This document shows, piece by piece, positions 1 to 12,910 of a stretch of DNA of 64,000 nucleotides. Below the pieces are notes generated by a model that was not told the DNA's origin, did no database searches, and worked only from the letters and a program-made list of their open reading frames with translations. The stretch comes from Selaginella moellendorffii (Eukaryota; Plantae; Lycopodiophyta): positions 652,705-716,704 of the forward strand of contig NW_003314354.1 of assembly GCF_000143415.4 (NCBI RefSeq), written 5' to 3'. The translations under genes were made by a program, and so were the position numbers. How positions within the stretch are numbered: position 1 is the first letter of the stretch; each line of letters begins with the position of its first letter.

Positions 1-3000
1 GGCTGATAATGTGGTCGGCAATAGGTTCAATGTACTTAGTTTAGACCTCCAAAACACTCTTGCAAGTTAAGCAAGAACCCAAGTTTGTCGTACGAAGATT
101 GTGCCAAGGACTGAGCAGCAAAGATGTGGTCAGCTTCTCAATGAATTCCACAAGACAATGTGGGAATCATCAAGCTTGTATAGGTCCATGCTGTTTTTAC
201 GTTGAAGATCCACTGAAACCCATGTTTGCTTGAGGTTCTTTCTCTTGTTGTCTCACATCTTGTACGAAATATTGTGATACAGTGCCTGGTCCAAGACACG
301 CACTTAGCAAAGATGTGAGCTCCACTTTGTTGCACACAGGGGAGAAGATTTGGCGATGCTGGAGAAGAGATCAGATCAGTGCTTTATTCATTATACGCAT
401 TTTTTTGCCCAGCTTTTCCTGCATTTTGAATCAAGTTGAGTGACTGATGAACTTGAAAAGCAGATGAAGATACCAAAAGGCACCTTACATAAAAGCCCAG
501 CCTTCGCTCAGTCTTTTACTTGTCTGATTCACTCGGAGATCAGTAGCAGCCACCTAAGCTCCCCTTGCAAACCTTTTTAAATGAACCTGTACCCAAAGCC
601 GAATAGTAATAAACCTAAAAATAAAGCATAAAAACTAATAATAAAAGCATTAAAATAACTTACCAAATCCATAGTTTCCCTGTCAGCACTCTAAGTTCAC
701 AGCAGTGCTTTTGAGGAATTCATATGTATAAAATTTTTCAAAATTCTTTTCTGTAACTACAGGTATTTTCAATACACTGCCAAGACCATCAGCTTTGAAA
801 GGAGAAAGGTAGTGTGGCTGATATGCTGCTATGGATGGTTTAGCAGACATTCTTATATGCAATCTTCCAGTATGGTAGCTAGGAGCAGCACGTTTGCAGG
901 CAGGAGGGCCAGGATTTCCATGGATCAGCTGTGCTGCTGCCGCCCCCCACAGTGGCCTTTGCCGTGGAATCTCTCCAGCACGTGACAAGGGAGGAGGGAT
1001 TGGGGCTCTACAAGGATATGATCCCTAGGCAGATGTATTATAGGAGCAAGATGTTTGTATTTTTCTAGCAAACCTCAATCTTGTGTAAGATATTTTGTAA
1101 CTCATAATATATAAGATAACTATTATGAAAACTAAATGATGAAGATGCAAAATCCTTGTGAAAGAAAAACATAGAATAAGGAGAAGGAAAGCTCATAGAA
1201 ATACAAGATTAAAATACTAAAAAGACTGGTTTCTATGAACTTCTCAATAAAATTCATTTAGGGTAAATTGTAGTAGAACAGCTCCCAACTAAATATCCAG
1301 ATTGATAGAAATAATGGTGAAAATAATAAACCATGCTTCATTAAGATTATAATTAGGTGATATCATGCTAGTAAGCTATATATGGAAGGTATGATTTCAA
1401 AAGCCTTACTAAATTTTGAAATTTTCTACAAGATTGTCTCTAGCCAAAAGATTCAAAATCATATATTGCTAAACATCTAGAAAAGTTAAAAAAAAAATAG
1501 TAATAAACTATTCAATACTACTTATTATTCAGAAATTATATAAGGAGAACATGACTATAAACATACTTAGATTTAACACATTAATATGTTCATAATAATA
1601 TTATTCTAATTTTTATATGATACTTTATTTAATGTTACATAATAACTTATCAAGACTTAATAAAACATAAGATTATTTTCTTTTTTTATTTACATTGTTG
1701 TATCAAGATTATCATTTGTGAATAACATGTTATTATTGTATTTTATCCTTTCTACCTCTTCATTCTCTTGTATTATAAATTAGATTGTTTTAAATATTTA
1801 TAAAATTAGATCTAGCATATTACAATATTCATGAATATATTTTATATATGTTTTTGACATTAAATTTTATAACAGTATCCAAACTATAAAAAATAAAAAG
1901 AAAACTATAAAAAAGAACACCTGTAGAAACATGGGAGTTTATATGGGACCTATAAAAAACAGAGATATAAGAGCCATCCTAAAAAGTATTTTCCTCCTAA
2001 AAGTTTTTGAATGTAAAATTGAAATGGTTCAAAAGATTCAAAATACATAAGAAAACATTTTGAATCTGTATATATCTCACATCACAATATGCTCTCATTG
2101 TTGTGATATAGAAAACTTATATATAGCTTGTAATCAACATTTTCTGAATAATAAATATTTGACATAGCTTATTTCTGAGTTATACTGCTGCTCTGAGTAT
2201 TGATTGATTGATTCTTATAGTTTGGAGTATAGTGTGCTCAACTGATACACTATTACTTTTTATTTTAATTTAATAGCTATATATTTTTTGTTTAGGATTA
2301 TCTATGCTAAATGTTTGTAGTCTTTTTATACAAGGGTCATGGTGTCTTCAAGGTACCTTAGATTATCAACATCAAAAAACATTTGTGCTTGCTTCAGCCA
2401 CCAAAAGAATGCAGTTTTGAGTGTCTAAAAGAAGCTCTAGTGGGATAATCACAGTATGCTTTCATTCATTTCCAATATCTACAATTGCATGGGGAGCTCA
2501 AATTCTTACAGTCCATATTGTGTTATGTCATTTAATAATGTGGCAAAGTATAACTGGGTCATCTTCCTCTGTTTTGAATTTAAATCTCTAGTCATACATT
2601 TGTCTATAATTATACTTATATTTATTCTAATTAATTATGAACTACCATTTAAATTTGCAAGTTTTATTCACTATAAAATATATAATAGAATATGCATTCA
2701 AATATCAGATAATATGATTTGATAATAATGATATATATTTTATCCAATGGTAACATGTAAAAATGCCATATCCCATACATGTCCATATTTGTCTTTATAC
2801 AACTGTAGCAAAATTATGTTCAGTACCTTGAGATAGGTGAGATACCTTCAATAATTACAATAGATGCAAATCAAAATAATTTTTTCTTACCATAATTCCT
2901 TTCATTCACTTAATTTGAGCATACTGGATTAGATATGGCAATTTATCATCACATATGAGTCTTTAATTGTCTGTGTTGAAATTTAAAAATGTTTAAAGTC

Positions 3001-3489
3001 GTAATAATGTTTAAAAACAACTCTCAAACACAACCTAAATAATAAGTTAAGCTTACTCTTATTAAAAGCTTGACTTTAGCAACTCATTGCTATATAGCCA
3101 AATATATCAATTTATTTGATTGGAAATGAATGGAATGAAATTACTTGCATAGAAAGATATGTGAATTTATGGTTCATGAGAATTATGCAGCATAAAACTC
3201 AAGGATCAATCTAGCCAAGTAGCACTATAGTTTTATGTTTGCAAGTTATAACTTTCTTGCCAGGTCTGGAGCTTTGCTTGGAGCTTGCAAGATTTACAGT
3301 GACTTTAGTATTGGTAAATGACGTGAAGCATTTTTTTAGCTGTTTTAGCAAAGATTTGGCAAAAACACGATTAAATTGTAGCAAGTCCCAACAGATTTGA
3401 TTTTTTATTTGAATTTTGAGCTCTTTCATAAGATTCCTGAAAAGCATCAAAAGATCATGGAATACCGTTGAAATAAACCAGCTTACTTT

Positions 3490-4583
3490 CCTATCCAAAC
3501 TCTAGGAATTTGTAAAACCGTCACCATCAAACCAGTAGCGAATCACAATATTTCCAAAGTGGAATCTGGAAGAGAAAAGCATTGGCGATGCTAAGATTTC
3601 CTTACCAAAGCTCCAGTTGCCCCAGCATTCTCAAAGCGCTTGCAGGAGATGTTGCAAGCCTCAAGCTACCCCACTTCACACTCTCAAGTTGCGACATGAC
3701 CACCTATCGATGTTGGACTCGTTTGTGGACACCACCTAACAAGAAAAGAACAAGTGAAAGCAACGAGAAAGCACTTCACAGTTTAAACCCTCTTCGTGGC
3801 AGGCCTGTAGCTTTTGCATCATAGAAGTGTAAAGTAGGGACCATGTATTAGCACCCACTCTGCAAAAGAGAGTCGATTAGGAAGAATTCTAGCAGTGTAT
3901 CACCTTTTCATGTCAGTGTTCACAAGGCAGCTGTCAAAGTTGAAAGCTGCAACCTCGTCTGACAACGTTCCACTATTATCTTGAGTAAAGGTACCGTGAT
4001 CCTGTGCATTATCGTAAGAGAAGCTTACATTGTTCACGAGTAAAATGACTCCCAACGGGCAGAGATGCATCCTATGCGTCTTGAAAGATGAATACAATCA
4101 AAAGCGTTAAATGCAAAACGCAAACCTTGTAGCAGTAGAGAACTGAGATGGCTCAAAACTGGACAACTTCACATGCCAAAGCTGTCGAGTTTCCCTCGGC
4201 ACGACAGCTTTCCCCTCAGAGACAAATCTTTTTACAGCTCACTTCTCCCTGTAGCATATCCTTCATAATAGTTTGATCCGAAGCCTGTACAAATCAGAAA
4301 GCTCTCTTGTCTCATCGCATTCTGCAAAAAAAAAAAAAAAAAGTACTTTCAATGCAGCGAACGCCCACAACAGGAGAGCTTGGATCTCCAAAATGCATTT
4401 GGAGTGATGCCTTCCACAAGAAGAAGAAAAGAAAAAAATTGCTAGAAAAGAATGAAAATCTTTACCAGTCATGTCAATTCCAACACCCTTGCTCACAATG
4501 CCGATCGCCCTTGCCAATTTTGAGCTTGCAAAGCTTGCACAGCAACCTACCAATTTCACATACTCAACAACGAAGCCCGCCAT
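3490..4583 (-). pseudogene. Unidentified degenerate multi-exon coding remnant
   Basis: Short GT-AG introns on the minus strand separate coding-like segments (e.g. MAGFVVEYVKLVG...KGVGIDMTG). Frames contain stops, and I could not recognise the family. Confidence 0.3.
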
Positions 4584-4644
4584 CCAAGCATTACATTACA
4601 TTATAGGCTATTTATAAAGGTCATGAGGGCCTACATAGGGCATC

Positions 4645-5530
4645 CAATCTGTAATTTGTGTAGGAGTGTCTTCACTTGAGCAGGTTGAGTGTCCGGTTGA
4701 GTTTCTATTACCTCTATCGAGAGTCCTTTTGCTTCATTCGGTTATTTGGACGTTTTGAGTGCTTTCTTTGAGCCTATGTTGGTAATCAGTTACAGATTGA
4801 GAAAGCTCCACGTTTCTCTTGAGTATTGAGCTCCTTGTAAACGCTGTAATTTGCAATTTCTATGACAGCAACACACAAATATCACCGACTTTCAGACTCT
4901 TGCGTCATCAACGCCAGCTTTTCCTTTGCAAATGTTGCATCTACCTCATCTTGAGCGCATTCAACACGAGCTGATGTAAGATTATGCCTGTGGAAAACAA
5001 ATGAGAATGACACTAGTCACCTGTCAACTCCCCCCTTCAACTGTTTTCATCTGCTCCAGGGCAGCATTGAGCTGCTTACGACATTCATCTTCAAAGAGAA
5101 GGAGAGCTCATAAATTAACAAACCATTTGAAAGAAAACATCAAATTATATGTGATGTTTCCATTAGGCTCCTTACATCTCTCCAGGTGCTACTACAAATG
5201 TAGAACGAATTCCTCACTCCTCTTCATAGAGTCTTTTATAACCTTGATACAAAATATGTATAGACTTCTCGAGACAAAAAGAAACTTACAGTTCCCTAAA
5301 GGAATACAATAATTTGAGCCTGCTCCTAGCCCTTTTCAGCACCATGGCTAGATGCTTCATCTTTTACCTTTTAAGCAAGACTTAAATTCTTCCTAAAACA
5401 AAACCATTAGCAAGGCACATTTTGAGATTTACTCATTTACTCTCAGTTCTTGCTCTTTTTTCATTTTGTTTCTGCCAGAACATGTGCAAGGGCATGAAGA
5501 GCCATGGATATCCTTGAACGTCAACTGTAG
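4645..5530 (-). pseudogene. NUA: Nuclear pore anchor (NUA/TPR) internal fragment, pseudogenised, introns retained
   Basis: Successive minus-strand exons translate to LTFKDIHG, KDEASS..MVLKRA, YKRLYEEE*, ATFAKEKLALMTQESE and ILKRNVELSQSVTDYQHRLKES. These are collinear with plant NUA as I recall it (FKDINGL, DEASAKVATVLKRA, MYKRLYEEE, NFAREKL, LARNIEFSQLIIDHQRKLRES). In-frame stops and frameshifts are present. Confidence 0.75.
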
Positions 5531-5840
5531 GAAAAGATTATCATACGATGCAATAAATTGGACTAAAATAAATGAAACTTTCGTCCATAAAATTAAAGTG
5601 TCACTACACCAGATATTCTGATAATGGCTGCAGAAACATCATCATATCTGAAAATAGAAAAAATACAATATGGGGTTTCTTGAATTCTCATTCAGAGCTA
5701 ATCTATATGCAATTGCAAGATCTCAACGCCTGCAGGGAAGAGAAAAATTTGAGGGGACAGAGAGAGATGTCAGTACTTTATGGATCTGCATGGTTGACTA
5801 GTTCCACAGCAACATTGCTCTACAATGAAGACCTCATCAA

Positions 5841-5875
5841 ACACACACACACACACAGAGGCACATAGAGAGAGG

Positions 5876-5913
<38 letters not shown>

Positions 5914-6136
5914 AGCTCACAATCTATCTAATCACCCTAAAAACTTTCACTTGATTTGGAGTGTCATTAAATAAAATTGAAGCATTGCCACCCTTTTGGC
6001 ATGTGATCTATGCCATTTATTTGAAGTTTTTGAATTTCAATTGTTAGACTATAAGTATATTTACAAATAATATTATTAAAATGGAATAAAAGATGCCAGA
6101 TGCCATATGCAAATAGCACTTTTGAATAAGGGAGTA
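5841..6136 (+). repeat. (AC)n/(AG)n microsatellite plus ~230-bp dispersed repeat unit
   Basis: ctcacaatc..tttcacttgatttggag..attgccacccttttggca..aaaatggaataaaagatgcca..aatagcac is homologous to 41171-41281 plus 44616-44925, and to the inverted copy at 44930-45115. Confidence 0.85.
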
Positions 6137-8790
6137 CTAGCAAAAGTCCCAGCTAGGCTGGGAGCATCATGTTTATTTCTGATGTTTTAGTAATTTTAAA
6201 GAGTCATAATCATAACTGTAATTTTTAACATAATCATAATGATAACATACATAGTTAAACATAATATAATCTTCATATTAAAAATCCCTTCTACAATTGA
6301 CTCTATCACCAACACATATGATAACATAATAAATATAACTCATAACATTATATCACATTTAAACTGTCATTGTTGAGTGAAGTCTTGGATTTTCTATAAA
6401 TGGAATTGCTCCCATGGCCAGATGAGTCATTTAGAGATTGAGGTTTGATAACTAATTTTTTCTTTTATTTAAAATCTATATAATTGATTAAAAAAAATTT
6501 GTTACTTGATGATTCATCCAATTCTACAATTTTTCCTCTTAACAAACTAATTTTTACTTAAGTACATTCAAATATAATGATGTTATATAATATAGATTTA
6601 AAACTCACTCAAGCTACATACATCTTATAAATTTAAAAGTTTTTCACCTTTTCAGACTGAAAGTTTTCGAATTGTATGACACTAAGTGAAAGATATTAAT
6701 TTTATGTGTTATTTTTAGTTAATTTTCATATTTTAGGTATTTGTCTTGATATTCCCTTTTTTTTAATAATTATTTTCGTGTGTTTTAAAAACAATATTTA
6801 AAATTAAATGTATTCTAGTATATATAATGAATCTTCTTTGTGTATATGTTTTTATATAGAGAGCATGGTAATCTGAAATAATATTATTATCTTTTAATAT
6901 TTATTTATTATATTTAATATTAAGACTTTATAACAATGTTATGAAACATAAAAATTTATAATGATAAATGAATGGTAAGGTTTTACTCTATGCTTGGGTG
7001 GAGTAGGGTTTGATGATATATAATCTTTTTCTTTATGCTAGAACTATAATATATCAGAAAATTCACAAATGGTATATACATAGGTATAATATAATTAAAT
7101 TTCATTTGATGATGAATCAAATTTCTTTATATGGTCCATGTACGAATCTTTTCTTAATCATATTTATACCTTATTTTGTTTTTCATGTATAAATGCAATG
7201 TAAGGAAAAGTGATAGAAACTTTATGATATTAAATGAATCTTAGAATATATCTTAGCATGACATCTCAATGTGTTTAATATCAATTATGTATTAAAAAGT
7301 ACCATAAGATTACTACTAAAAAATATTTTACACAAGAAATACCTAGAAATATTAAGTCCCCTATTTCAAGTTAGAATTTATCATATTTTTAAAGACACTA
7401 TTTTCTTTATATTCTACTTTAAAATATTTTCACTTTTTAAATATATTTAATATTTCTCAATTTTATTTAAAATAAATTATTTATATGTATATAGTATTTT
7501 TTATTTTATAGTTTATAATTTTTATATATTTGTATTCTAAATCCTCTCGCTTAATAATATTTAAATTTATACTTTTGAGAGTACTAATTATAATTTAAAG
7601 GACTATATTATATATAATTAAAATTCTTTATGTATATGTCTTTATATAGAGAGAATAATAATAAAATCTTATTTGATGATGAATCACATTTTTTTGGATG
7701 GTAGCCTTTTGTATTGTGTCTAATGTTTTCTCAATCATATTTTTACCTTTGCACCATTATATTTATTTATATATTTTTCATGGCATAAATTATTACTCTT
7801 AAAAACAGTATGATAACTTTATAATATAACACAAATCTTAGACTATATTTGAGCTAACCAATAACTCAATGTGATTAGATTCATTGTTGAATGTGTAATA
7901 ATTATCAAGGTTTATTTAAAAATTAAAAATAATGTACAAGTTAAAATAGCTATAGCTATTCAACTCTTCTATTTCAAGTTATGAAATATATCATTTTCTA
8001 TAGTCATTACTTATTTAATTTTAACATTATAATATATTTTCTATTGTGTCTACTATATACCATCTTTGTACAAAACAGTTATGTTTAATTTTAATAATGT
8101 AGTGTCGAATCAATCAAATACTCTTTGTTCTATAAAGGTTTTGTTCTAGAGAAAAGGTATTTGATTGATTTGATACTAAATTATTAAAATGAAATATAAT
8201 ATTATTGTACAAAGATTGGTATATAGTAGACATAATAAAACATATTCACCATCTTTGTACAACAAATTTATGTTTTTTTTATGGTTTAGGGTTTAAAATC
8301 ATTTGAACCTGGTGCACTGTATCTTCTTGGATTAGTTGTCTAATCACTTTTTATATGTATTACAATATCACTTATACCTATTTGTTAAATTTAACATTTC
8401 ATTCTCTATTTTCTACAACATTGTGAATGCCTTTGCATCGGGATTTATCTCTTTTAATGATTTATCAAGATCAAATTAGTTGCTCATTGCATTTAGAATT
8501 GTGTTTGTTGTCCAGTATTATGTTAAATTTATCCAGATATCTTAAAATAATTAGGGCTACCTACTGCAATCTTTTCAATGTTTGCACCCATTGATGCTGC
8601 ACTACTATAATTTTGTATTAAATCTTTACAATTAATAGTCTTTTGATAAAGCATGGAAAAGGATGTGATTTTTCAATTGCTATTCTCCCATCACAACAAT
8701 AATCGAAAACAATTTCCTTCATAAAAAAAGGACCTTACAATGTATGCATTGTTTTTTCATCTTACCAAGAATGTTGCTCACATTTACCAT
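6137..8790 (-). mobile_element. Decayed Helitron (3' terminus plus Rep N-terminal relic); 5' end not located
   Basis: Minus-strand 3' end: hairpin TCCCAGC-TAG-GCTGGGA (6147-6163), then CTAG (6137-6140) followed by T. About 8290-8780 translates to LGKM..CIHCK..E...CCDGRI, IQNYSSAASMGA...FKISG and NPRRYSAP, typical of the Helitron Rep N-terminus. The interior is AT-rich. Confidence 0.7.
8041..8240. repeat. ~200-bp imperfect foldback (inverted repeat)
   Basis: tgtctactatatacc-atctttgtacaa...gaatcaatcaaatac pairs with gtatttgattgattt...ttgtacaaagattggtatatagtagaca. Confidence 0.85.
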
Positions 8791-9349
8791 TTTCATTCTC
8801 TGACATTATTAAACACATGTTTTTTTTTTTTTTTTTGTCCCCTACTAATAGTAGTTACAAGACCACAAGAAATCATATGACAGGAATTGCCAGTAGTAGA
8901 CAGACTATCACCAATTTCACATATTCTATGGTCATTCTGTTTGCTCACGTTAGTTTTCAAACAAATCTCCACAGTAGTGCTAGAAGGTATTTATTCTTCT
9001 TCATTACAAGTAACATCTTCTACAATCACATCATCCACATTTTTTGACTTTCTCTTGCGATCCATTCCCAGTATTCCAGATTTATATTTCCATTGTTCAT
9101 AAGCTAGTGCAAGTTCTCTAGATTTCAGTAAAGTGGAATAGCATAGATAGGTGATAGATCTGTTGTAGATCGTTATGGCAAGAAGATGTATCTTATCAGT
9201 AAGAGGTTTTTCTTGATGCAAAATCCACAATGAATGTTCTAGTTTTCTTAGGTTTGTGAAGTGGAATGACATGCAGACATTTTTTCGTATAAATGTACAG
9301 TTTAATCTGTTCCTTTGATAACAGTTACATGATGGGTTTACCTTCCCGG

Positions 9350-9431
9350 GTGTGACGGCCACCAGGATTACACATTTCGGACCCGGCAGTCTTGCCAAGA
9401 CATTGTCCATGATATTACCCATACTGGACAT
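9350..9431 (-). pseudogene. Possible truncated F-box motif fragment
   Basis: MGNIMDNVLARLPGPKCVILVAV resembles the F-box core (I..VLARLP....l..V). No downstream domain was recognised. Confidence 0.3.
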
Positions 9432-11119
9432 AAGCCAAAAGCAAGCAATTCACGCACACGTCCCAGTCGAGCATCATCATTTCCACAAGATTATGAGAAC
9501 TTTATTTTGTACAAAAAAGAACTTGCTGTGGACAGGTTGCTGGCTGATGATAGTGTGAATCCATTCAAGCTCACTGCTTTCTTGCCGTAATTCAGGTGGG
9601 AGCAATGATCAAATGCCAAGTTGAGCATCATCTTTCTCACTGGTCCTCTAAATCTTCAACAAGCTGTTTAGAGCTGTGAATTACAGTGAAAGAACTTTCT
9701 GCAGAGGCTTTTCCATTGTCCCGAAAATGAAATAGAGAGAAGACAAGCTCGAGGAAAACCGCATGGGAAAGAATGATGGATCAAATGCATTGGAGTATAC
9801 TGCATACAAGAGATCACTTGGAATCAGAAAAAAATGAACCAATATCCTCTTACCCTCGAGAAAAAAAAACCGCAAAGCTCAGGAGCTCGATACCACCACT
9901 CGAGAAACACCACACACAAAAGAAGCCTCGAAACTTGATTGCATGCTTTTCTGGAGAAAGCTCTGCCAGGATTCATCATCCAGGCTTTTTTTTTTTTTTA
10001 ACATAACAAGTATAGCATTTTTCTTCCTTCCCAAGAAGTTGCCAATCTGTTGAAAATGAGATAGATAGTTTGCATGTGGTTTCTTACAACAAAAGCAAGC
10101 TTTCCTTGTGTTGCTTATATTTTTCTCTAGTTGGGGTCAGTTTGCAGCCTTTGATGTTCCGCTGTAGATCATACATATCAGCCACATATTTTATTGGTGA
10201 TATAGCAGAATTCTTCTACCTGGGGCGCACATATCTCCTTGTACTTGATGAAAAATAATGTTTATTTGGCTGGATAATACTTAAAATGAAATAAGCATGC
10301 AAGAGACTCCAAGCAACTGTAACTGTTGCCAACTAATGACGTTTGCAGAAAGGAAGCAATCGATGTAGAACACAGTAAGGTATAGCATGTCTGGAACCAA
10401 TTTATACTCTTCAGAAACTTGTGAAAGCACTCAAATTAATCAATAAATCAGAACAAGGGACTTTAACAAGTATCCCACGCATACCGGGGTTGATATCTTG
10501 TTGTATGAATTCTTTGAAGTCCTCCTCTTGAGCTACAAAGCTGAAGGTTTACTACAAACTATCAACCAGAACTATTTCATACCTCAGCCATTCAAAGATG
10601 TTGGTATAATATAACCCATACATATGTGGATCCTTGATCCCAGCATTGATGTCCTTAAGAGACAAATCAATGGAGTTGCTACTTGCGACTCCCTGCTGCA
10701 ATTCTACGCTTGAAAAGCATGGTCAAGAAACAACTTATATAGCACTTGAAATCCTGGCAAACAAAGGCCACTGCTTTGCTCTCAAGGGCTTTTCTCTGTG
10801 CCATGCCAGGAGCATCATATTCTTGGCTTGCCAAAACTCTATGGGGTTTGATTTGCTCTAGATCTATTTGGCTAATCTGTATCACCGGACAAAACAAATA
10901 TCATCACAAAGCCAAATGAAAGATGGAAATCTCACAGTCAAATCTGAGTCAAGGAAGATATGACTTGGAAGGAATGGGCAGTAGATCATAGGCACGGCAC
11001 ATCAGAGGCACTGCCATAGACAATTCTTTCACCTTGCCTTCGAAAACAACCTGTGTGCAAGAAGCGAGCAATAAAGAACAGAAGGGGTGAGCAGAAGCAG
11101 GGGCGAGCTGAAGCAAACT

Positions 11120-11220
11120 GAGAGCTCCATGGCTGAGAGCTCCAGTGCCAAGGGCTCCATGGCCGAGAGCTCATGGCCGTGAGAGCTCCACCATGGCCAA
11201 GAGCTCCATGGCTGAGGGCT
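11120..11220. repeat. ~15-bp minisatellite (gagagctccatggc[t/c])
   Basis: About 6 degenerate copies built from the palindromes GAGCTC and CCATGG. Confidence 0.8.
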
Positions 11221-11789
11221 GAATAAAGATCAAACCTAGTGCTCTAGTGCCTCATGTCGAGATCCAGTGCCCTAGCTCAATTCTCACCCTAATTCTACTC
11301 AATTTCATTTCAACACTAGAATTTGCAATTCTACTTTTCCTTTGTCATAGTTAATTCCACAAAAGCAATTGAAGTTCCTTGCACATCATGTGTTCCTTGC
11401 AACATCATTGCAACTCTCCTATTTGCACCCACAATCAAAGCTTAGTGTTGTCAATCATTAGTTACCTCCATTTTCTCCATCATTTGTATGTTGCTATCTC
11501 AAAGTTCTTGCATTATTGCTTTCCTTTACTCGTCACTTCACTCGAGGAGACCATCAAATCCCTCTGGAGTGCATTTGCATTTTTTCCCTCTAGAATTGTA
11601 ATTTTCTTCCTGCCAACTTGTACTTTTGCTGGAATGTCTTTGTTAACATCTCTAGGATCTTGTGTCTCAAATATAACATCTAGATCTGGATCTATATCTG
11701 TGTTTACCTCTGGAAAGGGGATAAATAAAAGTTAAAAAAATTCCAAATGAACTTACCTAGTGACTCACTTGTAATTGTAGAACCTATAG

Positions 11790-12175
11790 ATGTATCAACT
11801 CAGTGGCTACTTGGAACATTAGCTCTTGACCGTGTCATCCACAATAACATCTCATTATAGAGGCCTTCATTGAATGCACGAGGAAGCTTTACATCCTTCT
11901 TAATCCCTATAATAAATTCGTTACTAAAGTATGATGGTTTCCCCAATAGAATGTTGCTCTTATAATTGCTAATCTGCCTCCACTACTTCCTAAGCTCATC
12001 CCATTGTAACTCACATTGCTTTGGTATGCAACAAAATCCTTATAAATGTAATATGCCAGAAATGCATTGCCACTTCTCCGGTCCTTTCATCAACTTTCTA
12101 CAGCCACTACTGTCTTGATCCTTTTCCATCCTCTTTACATACTGAAGAGCTATGTTCTCATCAGTAGACCATTTT
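11790..12175 (-). pseudogene. Trihelix (Myb/SANT-like) DNA-binding domain remnant; host trihelix TF or PIF/Harbinger ORF1 type
   Basis: KWSTDENIALQYVKRME...EKWQCISGILHL*GF..PKQCELQWDELRK*WRQISNY...PSYF...KLPRAFNEGLYNEM shows the W..W..QC..W trihelix pattern, with two in-frame stops. Confidence 0.7.
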
Positions 12176-12910
12176 TCTTTTCATCTTTCAAAGTTGGTTT
12201 ATTTTCAGAAAACAAGTTTTGAAATCAGAAAACAAACATAAATAATATTTCCTATACCTCTAGAAAACTTCCTGCTCCATCAAAAGAGCCAGTTTCTAGA
12301 GGAGGTAGTGATAATAGAGTTATCAAAGAGAAATTTCCAATTCCCCCACCATGAAATCTTTGCTATTGTAAAAATGTATTCAAAATGAAGTAGAAAAACA
12401 ATTGAAAAAAAATACCTAGCTTAAGGAATTGAAGCTAGCTTGCATTACAAGAATATTTGGAACACATCCAATCATTAGATTGAGTGTAGGAATGCCAAGC
12501 TAAAAGCCATTGTAAAATTTTGCTAAACAAAAGAGAAAAACTAAAGAGAAAATAAAAATACCTTGATCATGGTTGCATTTGACATAAATCCTATGCTAGC
12601 ACTAAAAGAAGAGTTTTGGACATTAAGAAGCATAAGCAAAACTCTAGAACTACAAAATTCCATACCAACATGAGTTTGAATTATTTGTGAATTAAAATAT
12701 GCATGATCGACCATGGATGAGGTGAAGGTGAGCAATTCTCCATTTTTGCAAACTTCCTTCCCAAATCAATGTAAAAATTCCCCCTAAAGCCCTCCAAGAA
12801 CACATACACTCACATAGTAGTAAAATTAGGGCATGTAAAATTTTTAAGTAATATGGCAATTTAGCCATATGGCATTATTTTATTTATTTATTACTAGGTT
12901 CCAGGTTCCA

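Noticed and set aside
1-3200. Short ORFs and AT-rich coding-like relics
   Set aside because: No consistent frame or identifiable motif. Probably decayed TE or gene remnants that cannot be assigned by eye.
6120-6140. Stowaway-like end (gggagta)
   Set aside because: No matching partner TIR was found. The junction is better explained by the adjacent Helitron CTAG terminus.
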